Assembly (NCBI GenBank): GCA_030324005.1 | Contig: JARDVH010000193.1 | Coordinates: 70,981,974 to 71,043,947 of the forward strand | From: Negaprion brevirostris | Taxonomy: Eukaryota | Length of the DNA: 61,974 bases | Reading direction: 5' to 3' | Shown here: positions 1 to 12,829 of the stretch, piece by piece | Layout: the number at the start of each line of letters is the position of its first letter | Numbering within the stretch: position 1 is the stretch's first letter | Notes under the pieces: model-generated | Told to the model about the DNA's origin: nothing | The model's input: the letters and a program-made list of their open reading frames with translations, nothing else | The model's database searches: none | Translations under genes and position numbers: made by a program

Positions 1-170
1 CCTAACCTAGTCAATCTATCCTCATACATCAATCCCACATCCCCAGAATCAGCCTGGTCAAAGCTGAGATCAAATTAATTGCGCACATTGCCTGTCCGGT
101 AGTGTGGCGACCAGAATTGAACACTATATTCCAAGTGCAGCCTAATTAAGGTTCAATAAAGCTGTAACAT
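1..170 (-). mobile_element. CR1-type LINE fragment (RT C-terminal region)
   Basis: gaccagaattgaacactatattccaagtgcagcct is the reverse complement of the typical CR1 RPHLEYCVQFWSP-encoding segment. Confidence 0.65.
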
Positions 171-301
171 GATTATATTGTGTTATATAATTATACATTC
201 TTTTTTGATTTCTGTTTCAGAAAGAAGCTGTTCATGAAAGTTGGCTTTATAATTTAATTTTATTTGCCAACAATATTAGAATCTACTGAAAATAGGTTAA
301 T

Positions 302-426
302 GGGCAGAATTTTATGGCCTCATTTGGGCGAGATTGGAAATACCTGCCCAAGGTCAACAGAGGTTTCCGTTGTTGGACCCTGGCCAGCATCGATTCTGTG
401 GCAGGTGGGGCGATCAAGTTCTGGCC
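302..426. mobile_element. Short MITE (Harbinger-like TIRs)
   Basis: Imperfect terminal inverted repeats gggcagaatttt ... aagttctggcc; same architecture as the elements at 32567 and 57538. Confidence 0.45.
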
Positions 427-504
427 ACTGTCTCTGAAGTAAGTTTTCTTTTCTTGCTTTCGAAGTAAGTTTTCAGTGGATAGCCACATCTACATGGCTT
501 AATG

Positions 505-880
505 ATTAGAAAAGGTTGTATAGGTTGGGTCTTTTTCCGTAGAAAAAAAAGCTCAGGGGGACCTTGCGGAGGTTTTCTAAAACGATGGAAGGATTTGATA
601 TTCTAGTTATACGGTAAATTCTTCCAAACGTGCAGGAATCCAAAACTAGGACCCATAAGTATAGGACAGTCACTCATAAATCCAGTAAGGAATTCAGTAG
701 AAACTTCTTATTCAGAGAGTGCCACATTAAGTGGTCAAGGTGAAATGTGTTGAAGAGAACTAGGTCAGTAGGGGAAGCAAAAAGCAATATGTTGGTACGA
801 TTAAATGAAATGGGTTGGATCATGAGAAGTTTAAACACTGGCCTAGATCTGTTGGGCCGAATGGGCCAAATCTCTTCCAT
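505..880 (+). mobile_element. Decayed CR1 LINE 3' end
   Basis: RGDL-EVFK-like segment, aaacttctt...cagagagtg, ending in the tgggccgaatgg(g)cc CR1 tail. Confidence 0.65.
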
Positions 881-1399
881 GAATTAGAAATAATCACACT
901 TTACACTTGAAATGTGGCAGCTTCAAGTGTTCTTCTTGCATCCCTCCATGAGGCTGGTGCTCTGATACATTGTTAGTCGGCACATGACCGTTTGCAACAG
1001 ATATAGATGGCACCAGAGAAGTACTTCTTAAGATAATTAGTCCCTATGACAAATAATATAACAACATAGCATCCTTCCTTCTTGAACAAATATAATGCCT
1101 CTATATCTAACTTCCAATTATTAATTATTTTTAGCTAAAGAAGATTAACAATAAACTTTTAGAAATAAACTGAACCCCTTCAGAATCTCTTATAGCTGTA
1201 AAAGCATTGTTCATTGTATCCTTGAGTGGTAGGTGTTGTACCTCCATCTTGTGGATGTGGCATTCATCTCTCCCAGTGGTGAGTAGGTCCACCACATAGG
1301 CATGTTGTGTGTGTTGCTAAAGGGTATTGTAGGTGTCATGCTTAATATCACTTGATGCTGTTGATGTTGTCTTATTGCTCGAATTATTATCATCATTGA

Positions 1400-1732
1400 A
1401 TCAAAGAATCCCTACACTGCAGAAAGAGGCCATCTGGCCCATTCAGCCTGCACTGACCACAATGTCACCCGGCCCTACCCCCATATCCATACATATTTAC
1501 CCGTTAATCCCTCTAACTTACACATCTCAAGACACTAAGGGGCAATTTCAGCATGGCCAATCAACCTAACCCGCACATCTTTGGACTTTGGGAGGAAACC
1601 AGAGCACCTGGAGGAAATCCACACAGACATGAGGAGAATGTGCAAACTTCACACAGGCAGTGACCCAAAGGGGGAAATCAAACTCGGGTCCCTGGAGCTG
1701 TGAAGCAGTGCTAACCACTGTGTTGCTGTGCC
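1400..1732 (-). mobile_element. HE1/V-SINE-like tRNA-derived SINE with CR1-derived tail
   Basis: tRNA-like head (A/B box-like cagtggttagcact...gagtttgatt), central ggttaggttgattggccatgct domain, tail gggcc..atggcctctttctgcagtgtagggattct. Confidence 0.85.
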
Positions 1733-1833
1733 ATCGACCAAAAGGATCCTTTGCTGAGTACAGAAAAAGCCACAANNNNNNNNNNNNNNNNNNNNNNNNN
1801 NNNNNNNNNNNNNNNNNNNNNNNNNNNNNNNNN

Positions 1834-2870
1834 TGAACGCTGATATTTCTTTCACTAACTCTCATTGGCATGCTGTGTTCTCTGATATGTGATGCGTGAA
1901 AGAGCTCATTTTATGGATAAACCAGGGGCACTTTTCAAGTCCTTCTTGTCTCTTAAAGCTTCCATCTCAGAGATGGTTGTAATTTTTTCTATACTCAGCT
2001 GGACTCTGTCAGATGTGTACACTATTCCGAGGAACTGGCATTCTGATACCTTTACAATGCACTTGCCTGCCTTTAGCCTGATCTCAGTTTTCCTGATTCT
2101 CTGTGTCTCTCCTTTACATCCTCAGTATGGCCCATCTCTTTCTGCTGGAACACATTTGTATCACACTTAGCGGACACAGGAATTTCTAAAGATCAAAGGA
2201 TGTGTTGAATGTTGTCAGCAGCAAAGATTCTTCATCAAGCTTCGCATCCCAGTAACCATTTCTGGTATCATTTGTCCCTGACCGTGCTGGTGTGATATTT
2301 ACGACTCTTGGGATAAGGTTGTGATTCCCTATCATTGTTTGATTCGGATCGTTGAGATCCAGGCCTTTCGGCTTCACTCTCACCACATTGGAATTTACTC
2401 AGTCTGTGAGTCTGTGACTCTAATGATCATCTTTATTTCTTCATCTCTCAGATTTCTCTTCCAATTTTTCCAGCTGGTACTTTACATGGGGGATGAGTCA
2501 CTAGTTTCATCGCTGGATCAATAATGATGCTAGACTCAAAGTCTTCACAGCACCCAATTCTCATTAAAACACTCGGGGTATGTTTGCACAAGCTCCTCCT
2601 TGCTTCTGACTGGAGGGTGTTGTTTACTGTGTGTGCATTCCCCAATGTCCAGTGTCACCTCCATCGTCTTATAGTTCATTGAGATGATTTGCAGCTCCTC
2701 ACAACTGCTCAACCTCAAGATTGTTTCAATGACACAAGACATACTGTCAACATATTTCCTCTGATTTGGGTTGTTCCTAGTTGTCAAATTTCAATTTCCC
2801 TTGAGAAGGAAATTGCTCAGTTTGAAACCTCAGTTTGAGGTTCCATAAACCTGACTTGTGCTCTCTCTTG
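1834..2870 (-). mobile_element. Degenerate Ty3/Gypsy LTR-retrotransposon pol fragment (protease-RT linker, RT, connection)
   Basis: Frameshifted peptides ELVQTYPECF, IGCCEDFESSIIIDPAMKLVTHPPCKVP, DTRNGYWDAKLDEESLLLTTFNTSF (cf. LDAxxGYWxxxLDEESxxLTTFNTPFG) and KCIVKVSECQFLG...KITTISEM. Confidence 0.85.
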
Positions 2871-2879
2871 AGTTTTGAT

Positions 2880-3155
2880 GGTAGAGGGGTGATCTTATAG
2901 TCTGAGGGAAAACATTAGGGCAAAGTCAGTTTAGCAGTGAAGCCTGAATGCATTTTTTCGCATCAAATGGAGTGGAACTTTCCCCAGAATGTCTGTGGTT
3001 GATGAGAGATCGAATGAAGCTTTCAACTCGGAGACTGGCAACTTTTTATTAGATAATTGCTTTAAGAGCAAAGGTGGGTAAATGAAGTTAAGGTTCAGAT
3101 CAGCCATGATCTAATTGAATACTGGAACATGCTTGAGGGGCTGAATGTTCTTAAT
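2880..3155 (+). mobile_element. CR1 LINE 3' end fragment
   Basis: agaggggtgatcttatag...gatcagccatgatctaattgaat...gcttgaggggctgaatg. Confidence 0.65.
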
Positions 3156-4560
3156 GTATTTTAAATGTTAAAGAGGAAAATCTAACTGGCTCACAACGTT
3201 ATTGTCCAGACTGGTGATTATTGACTTAATGGAAAACGTTGCATTGAAATACTTTATACTAATGAGCTTTAATTCCATTGAATCAGGTTAGTTTATAGCA
3301 AAGAGCTCCAGTCACTTTATTACATTGAAGAGTATGACACGTTGACATTTTAACAAAGGTTTTCAGGCTTTCAAAGAAGTAAGGGATGCTGTCACATAGA
3401 GATAAGGAAAAGGCTATGAGAATTTGGTATCAGGAATTTCATTTCTTTCCCTCTCTTTTTCTTCTTCAAAGTGACTGGCAATTATCTACAAAGGCAAATA
3501 ACAGTCTAGGTATGATGGAATATGATGCAAGATTCTCAGTGCTATGTAAATTGTCAGTGATTGGCAGGGTTCATCGGAGAATCTTTGCTGCAATGCACTC
3601 CCAATGGCAGTTTCATTTGCCACAGGGTAACAGTGATGACATGTTTAACTGTGGCTTTTTAGCATCCTCACTGCACATTAACCTGCCATGAGAAACTCAA
3701 AGAAATGGTGCAATCAAGCATTCAAAGGCTGGCAGCCTTTGTTAATAGGGCTGTAATCATGGGACAGTAGAAAAGGTGATTGTTTTCAGTTGGTGACAGA
3801 GAGTAATGATAGCTGGTTGATTGAACACAATGATGTGTGATTTTCAAGCCTTATAGCACAAAGCCTGTTATTAGACAGAGAACTGTATCTGACAGAAAAT
3901 TTCCCGCTGTGCCAGTAATACAGGGGTTTCCATTCGGGTGGCAACCTTTTAGAACTTAATGATTGCCAATTAATGACCGCCAATAATTGAGTACTGGAGG
4001 ATTAAATTCATATTTTGCTGGTAGGTGCTGTAAACCTAGGACTGCTTCTGATGATACAATGAGGCTCTAATGCAATCATTGCAGTTTATCATCCACTTCT
4101 GCACCACACTTTTTCCTCTCTCCCATTATTGCTTATTTGGTCCATAATGATAATGGCCCAAAGTCATTTGTTTCCTGCTCCTTGCTTCATCTGCGCCGTC
4201 TCATCCTCAGCCCTTGTTGCTTCCCTTGTACTCCTTGTCCCCTCTTCTCGATGTACGTGTTTCAAAACACAACAGGAGAGTGCAGCTATTGTGGAACAAC
4301 TCATAAAGTTTGTGTCTGAAATATAGGAGTAACGTTCAAAGAATGAACTGAGGAGGACTGAAGCAACTTCCCTATTTTAATAAATGAATTTGACTATAAA
4401 TATTCTACAGCTTTCCAGCTCAAAATAAATCGCCTCAAGCACAAGGATTTTATTTTGGACGGCTGTGCCATGCTGCCCTATGGTGTAGTGGACACATTGG
4501 AGTCTGCAAACTAAATCAATGATAAATCGATTGGAATATGCATCGACTGAGTCTCTATCT

Positions 4561-4860
4561 TTAATTATTTATATTTGTAAGTGTCACATGTGGGCTTACA
4601 TTAACACTGCAATGAAGTTGCTGTGAAAATCGTTTAGTCGCCACATTCCGGGACTGTTCAGGTACATTGAGGAAGAATTCAGCATGGCCAGTGCACCTAA
4701 CCAGCACGTCTTGCAGATTGTAAGAGGAAACTGGAGCACCCAAAGGAAACCCACACAGACACAGAGAGAATGTGCAAACTCCACACAGTGACTATGCTGA
4801 GAGTCGAACCCGGGTCCCTAGCACTGTGAGGAGCAGTGCTAACCATTTTGCCACAGCACC
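4561..4860 (-). mobile_element. tRNA-derived SINE, second tail type (…ttcattgcagtgttaatgtaagcc…aataa)
   Basis: Same head and core as the HE1-like SINE but a different 3' tail; homologous copies at 6157, 21097, 27649, 33040 and 55747. Confidence 0.85.
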
Positions 4861-6156
4861 ACCTCTTAATATCTTAATTGGTCTAGTAGCACAATGTATT
4901 TTCCTTCGATTTCTACCTCATCCAATCGTCGATTCAGTGAGAAAACATGCTAAATAAACAATGAACATACATTACGCGAAAAAAAATAGAATGAATTACA
5001 TTAACCCCTTGGAAGTTTGAATGCTGTGGAATCTGAACAATAAGAGATGTTTCACTGGACTTTGAAGTTCTGAGGAGACTATAGTGGGTGACAGGGAAGG
5101 GTTGGTTCAGAGAGGTCAGTGTCGTTCAGTGCTTTCTGCTTTCCCAGACTGATGTGCACTAAAGGCACGCACGGAGTGGTACAGAACTGTACAACCTCAA
5201 AATTCCTGGAGGAGCAGCACTTAGGAAATGCAGGAGACCTCCTACATGGTACAAATTGACCAGGTTTAGATAGAGGTTGAATTAAAAAGTGTGTTGGTGT
5301 CTAAATCCCCAAATCCCCAGCATGTTTGCAGAAACCACCTCTTCCACACTGTCAACCTCCACACTCCTAGCGCTCCTAGCAATCCTAAATTTCCTCTGTC
5401 CAGAAGAGCAGGGCTATGCATTGAGCAACTCAACTCTGAAGTTGACAGATCATACAGAGAGCAGCAAAACATCCTAAACACATACAGCGCATTTATTTAC
5501 TGACACAATCAGTGTCCCTCACTTTTTAGTTTTTGCTATCACTGAATAGAAATGTTGGCCAAACTGAAACGCAATGAAAGTTGTGGTGTAAAATGAAACA
5601 GATAAAGAAAGCCGTGGAGGCAGATCTCAGTTCCTCCNNNNNNNNNNAATCTAATAGAGTCCAGACATCCCATTAAACATCACAGGCTGATTCCTGGACA
5701 CAGTAGTGTTGTGGCTATGCCTCTGAATTAACATTCCATGGAAAACCTGAATTAACAATACGGAGAATGAAAGCACAATCCACACTATGACAGTAAGAGG
5801 ATTTTAATTTGGCTTTAAGATCTGTAATAAAAAAAGCTGTCATCAGGAAAGGTGACCATCTTATAACCAGTGCTGGCTCACTGATGTCAGAAAATGCTGC
5901 AATGTACTTGGCAGGTCTTGCAGCTGCTGTGGAAAGAGATACAGAGGTTAACAGCTAGAACCTTCCCAGCACTGTGGAGTGGTTTTGGAGATGGGGTGGG
6001 GCAAGGAAATTCGACACAACTTCCCAACACAGTCCTGCCTTCCAGGTAAGCTTCCCAATTGTGGGTTACTAGGGGAATCAACAATCTGCTCTATGGAGGA
6101 GGACAGAAAGTGAAGCTAATTAAGACACAAATTAACAACCATTTTCCAAAGCTGAT

Positions 6157-6420
6157 GGCATGGTGGCACAGTAGTTAGTACTGCTGCCTCACGTCACCAG
6201 GACCCGGGTTAGATTCCTGGTTTAGGTCACTATCTGTGCAGAGTGTATATATTCCCCCCGTGTCTGNNNNNNNNNNGAGTGTTTCCTCCGAGTGCTCCAG
6301 TTTTCTCCCTCAATCTGAAAGATGTGCTGGCTAGGTGCCTGAAAGTGGCGACTAGGGAATTTTCGCAGTAACTTCATTGCAGTAAGCCTATTTGTGACAC
6401 TAATAAATAAATAAACTTTA
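6157..6420 (+). mobile_element. tRNA-derived SINE, second tail type
   Basis: ggcatggtggcacagtagttagtactgctgcctcac...gacccgggttagattcc...gtgacactaataaataaataaac. Confidence 0.85.
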
Positions 6421-7204
6421 ATATATTCAGCATTAAGCTGGCCTCCTCCAGTCCAGAGTGTGGGAGCTACTGGGCAGCTGCCTGGCAACAGCCGTTGGAG
6501 GAGCATCAAAGCATCTTCTCAATGTCCCATTGATGGAGCTGCAAGGAAGGAAAGGCCACAGCTGTAGCCAAAATCAAAACCATGGAGAGCATTGGGGGTG
6601 GTGGGGGTTGTTGTTGGAGGGATTCCCCAACATGCTGATGGCTCTAACAGCTGTGGACTTTCTTTATAGACATTTGAGGTCACCGCTGTTTTAAGGTGCC
6701 CTCGTGCTGACCTTTCTGCCTCAGCAGTATCCCTTTCACCTTGTGGGTATTGCAACCATGCAGTACTGTGAGCCTTCTGAGTGGGCCTCCTACATTGCTG
6801 TAGCTGCCTCCCCTCAGCAGCCCCTTCAATGACATGGCAAATACAGAGGGAAATGTTGAATTATCAGCCTCCTGTATGTGTGCGCCAGGTTACAGGTGAT
6901 AGGACAATGGATTGGGATGCTAAGACAGTCCTGATGTCTGATTGCTGATACAAACCCAGCCTAGTATGAGGACTGTCACTGACTTCATCTCCTTAGGTGC
7001 AAAACTTTCCAACTTAGAAACTTTTGTTTTAATCTCCTTGGACAAAATCAGAAAAAACAAATCTAAACATAACAAGATTGGGTACCTAAACTCCAGTCAA
7101 TCACAGAATGGTAGGAATATTAAAATATAGCTATCCTAGAACTTCAGCAGGTACCACTTTCTCACTTGGCCCTCACACAAAGCAAGGAGCTACCATACGA
7201 AGCT

Positions 7205-7372
7205 CATAGAAACATAGAAGATAGGAGCATGAGGCATCCATTCAGCCCTTTGAACCTGCTCTGCCATTCATTACGATCATGGCTGATTGTCCAACTCAAT
7301 AGCCCAATCCTGATTTCTCCCCATAACCTTTGATCCTGTTGCTCCGAGTGCAATATCTAGCTGCCTCTTGAA
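7205..7372 (-). mobile_element. CR1 LINE 3' end fragment
   Basis: catagaaacatagaagataggagca...ccattcagccc...ctgctctgccattc...gatcatggctgat. Confidence 0.75.
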
Positions 7373-7788
7373 TTACATGACTCTCATAATTGTGCTACAT
7401 CCCTTGACCTCATTCCACTTGTACCATCATAGACACATTTATCAGTGCTCCCGATTTGCCGTCTCAAGAAGCTATTTCCTTTCTTAGGCCCTGGGCCTTT
7501 TGCATTGACAAAAAGTCATATCACAAGTCAAGGCCACCTACACTCTGACCCCAGTAGGAGTAGTGTGACTGCCAGTTTAACAATCTGGAATGGGATAGGT
7601 GGACGGTTGACTAAAGCAGGGNNNNNNNNNNNNNNNNNNNNNNNNNNNNNNNNNNNNNNNNNNNNNNNNNNNNNNNCAGAGAACTGAGGAAGGTAGAGAT
7701 GCCTTGATGCCTCATGGATCTCCAAAGACCCATTTCAGCTGCAGAATTCTCCACAAGCCTTGGTCATGAACCAATCTACCAGTAACCC

Positions 7789-7878
7789 TTGAGTCATCTG
7801 GACTCCAAACCTCCGCTCTTTTCTTTCCTTACAGATGTTGCCAGACCTGCTGAGATTTTCTAGCATTTTCTCTTTTGG
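7789..7878 (+). mobile_element. Penelope-like element terminal fragment flanked by a 12-bp target-site duplication
   Basis: gagtcatctggactc...acagatgttgccagacctgctgagattttc, flanked by taccagtaaccc at 7777-7788 and 7879-7890. Confidence 0.6.
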
Positions 7879-9649
7879 TACCAGTAACCCAGCATTGTGG
7901 CTGCACTGTACCTGTGAACGTCAAGTTGAGATCCAAGTTTCTGCCACAATTGTGTCCAGCACTGACGGGTCTCTGTGATAGACATTGGCATGGATTTAAT
8001 AACACTTAATATGGCATTGCCATGTTATTAAGTCCTCTGATCATAATGCCTTTGTACTGAATTGATGCCAGGGGTAAGAGATTTGTTTTCTTTGCAGTCT
8101 GCCAAACGAATGAAAGCTGCCGTATTCCATTACTGAGTGCATGTTCGTTCCTCAACATGTCACCGCATTGCTATTTCTATTTCCCAAACCAGCCGCCCTT
8201 CTGGGCTGCGTAAACGTCACTGCCAACATTGTGCCAGTTGGTGCCAAGTGGATATTGCCAGATAAGACAAGCTGTGCTGAGCTTATTTCCACGACCAGCT
8301 TCATTGCAAAAGAATTAAAAAGCTCCATCTAGCGCCAGCGGAAGTAACGGTGCTTGTAATGAAGGACTGAAAAGGTTCGCAAGCAGCCAGTATATTCCCA
8401 CTTGCCACAAATTAGCTTTCATTCATTGGTAAAGTTTCAAATGCCGAAAACTCTTCATTGTTGCCACTAGACATTTTTAACAGAAACCAAATCTTTATTT
8501 CATGCCGGAAATTATTTTTAAAAATTCAACAGGGAAATAATTATCAATTTTTTTCACATTATTTCAGGAGATAAACTGATCGCTGGTTTGCATATGCAGT
8601 CCATCCTTAGACACACATGAAGACACATACAGCAGCTTAAGGTCCCTTAATATATAGTGTACCTTGACATACCTAACACAAATAGGACTCCTAAACACAG
8701 GCAGTTCATCTCAGCACAATGTGTTCATCTTGGCACCTTACAATGCAGCTCGGCACAGTGTAATTTAATATCGTGCACTTTTAACATGGCTAGCTTTAAC
8801 ACGAAGTGAAGTACACAGCCATGAGAAGGATACTGACAACTCAGTTGCGTTTGTTTTTAGAATAGAAAAGGATTTGTATTGGGCATAGCAGCTTTCATGT
8901 TAGTGCAACATTTGGCAGTCAATGCATTATTTTTAAAGCATAATCACTGCAATTTTTCGGGGGAAATATACCTTAAACGATTACGATTCTGTTCATAAGC
9001 TACGTTCTCCTGTTACTTAAATTGAAATTGTCTTTTTTCTTGTTTAAAATTCAAAAATATTCCCAACAGCTCCATGACTCACATGTGACCATGTGAGATT
9101 AATAAATTCGTGGATAGAATAATTAGCAATTTACATTGGAAAACCTTTGTGTGCCCCGAGTATGTACTTTATCAGCGGATCTGAGTGTGATAATATAGAG
9201 TGTGAAGTTGATGCCAATCCATCTCATCACTGATCTAAAATAAATGTTTAAAAACATGTCCTTTTTTCCACAGACATACAGTTGTCACAACGATGTTGCA
9301 TGCATTCTTTATATGCCTCAGGCAATACTTCTAGCACTAAACATTTGTCATGTATGGTTAAGTTCCATTTTTTCAAAAATCTAATCTAGTTTCCTTGTTG
9401 AGTGTTATTATCTGAAGATACCAAACGATAAAGAGAGATATCTGCCCATTTTAACCCACTTATCAATACAAATCAGGGATACCTGGTCCAGACACCATAC
9501 AAGGAAATGCTGAGAGGAATAGTTTATGATTAGCCAGGAAGTTTTACTATTAACTATTGAATGTAGAGTGAAGCAGGAATATTTTCTGTCACACATCACA
9601 CTCAAAAGGTATTTAAGCAAATTGGCTTTTCTTAAGTGAAATGTTCTCC

Positions 9650-10075
9650 CCTGCAGTCACCACCCTGACTTGGAAATATACCCCCATTCCTTCAGTCACT
9701 GAGTCAAAATCATGGAACTCTGTCCCTAAACAACACTGTGGATATACCTACACCACATGGTGAATGGCGTGACTCACCATTGCCCTCTCAAGGGCAATTA
9801 GGGATGGGCAATCCTAGTCAGTGAATGTTCATGTCCTGTGAAAGAATTGAAAAATATCCTTGATGCTGTCATCTCTGAAACAATAGGCTGAGGCTTTTAA
9901 CACCTTTACTCATTCATTCATGGGACATAGGCATGGCTGGCTGGCCAGCATTTGTTGCCCATCTCTAGTTGCCTGAGGGCAGTTGAGAGTCAACCACAAT
10001 GCTGTGGCTCTGGAGTAACATGTAGGCCAGACAGGGTAAGGATGGCAGATATCCTTCCCTAAAGGACATGAGTCA
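9650..10075. mobile_element. Two oppositely oriented LINE/SINE 3'-end fragments
   Basis: Plus-strand ccctgacttggaaatata...aagggcaattagggatgggca, then minus-strand ggccagcatttgttgcccatc...acatgtaggccagac. Confidence 0.6.
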
Positions 10076-10114
10076 ACCTATTCCGGAGACTTTGGCACAT
10101 TATCCAGCCTACCA

Positions 10115-10645
10115 TTTCGGCACAGTACTGAGGGAATGCCGCACTGTTGGAAGTGCAGTTGAGACATCAACCTGCCCTTCAGCTGTCCCCTTGGGTGGAT
10201 TTAAGTTGCTGTGGTACAACTTCCCACTTCATGCTGTTTTTTTCACTCTTTGGAGGATAGAGGTGGAAGTGGTGGAAGTGTTTCCGAGCTGATTATGAGC
10301 CCTTTGAACTGCATTGAACACTCCTTCTGTGGCCAACAATTTGAACCCAAAGCTTCTAATCCACTGGTAGGGGTGCTGCCTCTGCACCACAAGGCCTCCT
10401 GGTGAATAGAAGTGAACCCATGATTTTAGAGAGCAGGGAAACTCTCTATTTTGTGCTGGCCGATATTCATCCTTCACCAACATCACACAAAACAGGTCAT
10501 TTGGTCATTTATCTTATTGCTGTTTGTGGGATCTTGCTGTGTATGAATTTGCTGCTGCATCTTCCTTCAGAAAGAGTGGCTACATTTCAAAAGTGGTTAA
10601 TTGACTGTGCAGTGCTTTGGAATGTCCTGAGGATGCGAATGGTGC
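10115..10645 (+). mobile_element. SacSINE1/AmnSINE1-like DeuSINE (old, interrupted)
   Basis: cagtactgagggaatgccgcactgttgg...ttgctgtttgtgggatcttgctgtg...ctgagg...tataaatgca (L2-like tail). Confidence 0.65.
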
Positions 10646-11164
10646 AATATAAATGCAGCTTCTTTTGTTATGCTCATAGCCCTATGAATCAGTCTTGTTT
10701 GTGCTGCTGACACCTACACAGCAATTGCCTGGAAAACGCTATTAGTCCAGTTATTTTGCTGTGACCAGAAGATGGATTCAAGGTTGATGGTAATAATTGT
10801 AAATAGGGTGAATGCGTTATTCCCCCGGTATGGGTTCAAAGGGCACAATTACTGTCAAAGTCATTATTTGTTGCTGGGAATAACAGTCAAGTGTGATTTG
10901 AAATTTAAAATGATTAGAATTCAACTCACATCTATTTGTGGAGGCTTGAATTTGGCTGGATTTGGATTGCTTAATTCTCAGCCTCCTCCCTGCCATGGAC
11001 ACATTTTTGTTTAGGTCTTTAGACAGATATTCTCTTGAATTTAGCAGCACCCATCACTTCAGTCAGTGGACCTCGAGTTCCCTAAATTTTGGAGCGTACT
11101 TTCCATTGCCCAAAATGGAGAAATGTAATAACAGCAACTTACACAACGGCAAGAAAACCGTGGA

Positions 11165-11272
11165 TGCGGGAGACCTGAAATTAAAACAGAAACTATTGGG
11201 GATACTCAGCAGGTCTGGCAGCATCTGTGGAGAGGGGCAGAGTTGTCAGGTTAATGGCTGTTTATCAGAAAG
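11165..11272 (-). mobile_element. Penelope-like element fragment
   Basis: aaaacagaaa...ctcagcaggtctggcagcatctgtggagag, the reverse complement of the motif at 7830 and 36130. Confidence 0.55.
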
Positions 11273-11653
11273 CTGTTGGAGGATTGTGACAGGGAATGCC
11301 TGTAGTAGCAACTGAAAGATCCCACGCGAGCTCTACTCCATGTGGAAGGTGCACTGAAAAGCTTTCTGCTGACTTTGGGCACGGCTTGAGATAAGAAACT
11401 GGTTTATTTTAACAAAAAAAAAGTGGCTATGAAGCGTAATAAAGCTGCACTTTACCAGTTCTATCAGCCTACCACTCCAGCTAAGCTAGCTAAAGGTATA
11501 TTCAAACTTTTAAAAGCAGATGCCATTCTGTTACTGCCTCTGAACTTCAAAGCTCATTACACTTCGGAAAGGTTTTTGGGTGACCATTTGTCATCTGGTT
11601 CCAGACACTTCGCCACTCCAAAGATCCTTCAATATGTAAGCATAAAAACCTTA

Positions 11654-11963
11654 GGCATGGTGGCACAATGGTTAGCAGCACCGGGTTTGATTCTGGCCTT
11701 GGGTCACTGTTTGTGTGGAGTTTGCATGTTCTTCCCGTGTCTGCATGGTTTTCCTCTGGGTGCTCCGGTTTCTTCCCACAATCCAAAAATGTGCAGGTTA
11801 GGTTGATTGGCCATGCTAAGTTCTCCCTCAGTGTCCCAAGATGTGAGGGTTAGGGGATTAGTGGGATAAATGCATGGGGTTGTGGGGGTGGGCCTGGGTG
11901 AGATGCTAAGTCGGTGCAGACTCGGTGGGCCAAATGGCCTCTTTCTGCACAGTAGGAATTCTA
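11654..11963 (+). mobile_element. HE1/V-SINE-like SINE with CR1 tail
   Basis: Full head, core and tail, ending gggccaaatggcctctttctgcacagtaggaattcta. Confidence 0.85.
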
Positions 11964-12829
11964 CGACACTATGAATAGCGGTTTAATCTATCATGCTCTG
12001 ATCCTAGCAGTTTACAATTTAAAATAAATTCATCAAACTCCTCTCTTTCTTCACAGACTATAGGCAAGCATAATATCATCTTCAGCATCCTACTACAATG
12101 TAGTTTCTGCCTGTAAAGGCAGTACTGTTGAAGGTATATCTTCAAAGACAGCAGCAACTTGAGATGTTGTCATGTGTCAGCCTCTGGGGAGTGGGGGTCG
12201 GCTAGAGGGAATGATCTTGAACTTGGCTTCAATATCACAAAGCCTCAGAATTAATATTGACCTCCTAAGGCCAACATCTGAATAAATCTGAATGTTTTTT
12301 CCCACTTACTGCCATCGCTTCCTCAGTCTCCATTGAAGTGGTCACAAGGGCAGACAGAGAGACAATGGAAATGAAGATCAGGAGATGCAAGGGTCGGCCG
12401 CTGGAGTTCGTACCCAGGATCACATTTATAAATGGACTTAAAACTGGATGTTGCCCATTTGGTAGGATGCAGAGATGTTTAAATGTATTGAGAGATGCAA
12501 AGGGATTTTCACATTTCCATCACTGACATTTCACATTGAGGTTGGAAATACTTACATCTATAATTTGTCTCTTCTGAAGCAAAACAATGTCACATGAGTC
12601 TTGAATTCAGCTCAGGCCCCATCCATTCCACTAATGTCCTTTAGGGAAGAAAATCTGTTGGCCTTACCTGGTTTGGCCTACATGTGTTTGCCTCTTAAAT
12701 GATCTCTGAAATGGCAAGTCAAACAGCTCATGGGCAATTAGGGATGGGCATTAAGTACTGGCCCAGCCAGCAACGCTCACATTGCCTGAACAAATTTCAA
12801 AAAAGTACTTTGTTCCGTAATGGGTTCAG

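Noticed and set aside
1680-1732. tRNA-like sequences at SINE heads
   Set aside because: These are SINE A/B-box heads; no complete cloverleaf is present, so they are not tRNA genes.
5150-5500. Possible Gypsy integrase C-terminal remnant or small gene
   Set aside because: Only a faint YNLKIPGGAALRKCRR resemblance; too weak to call.
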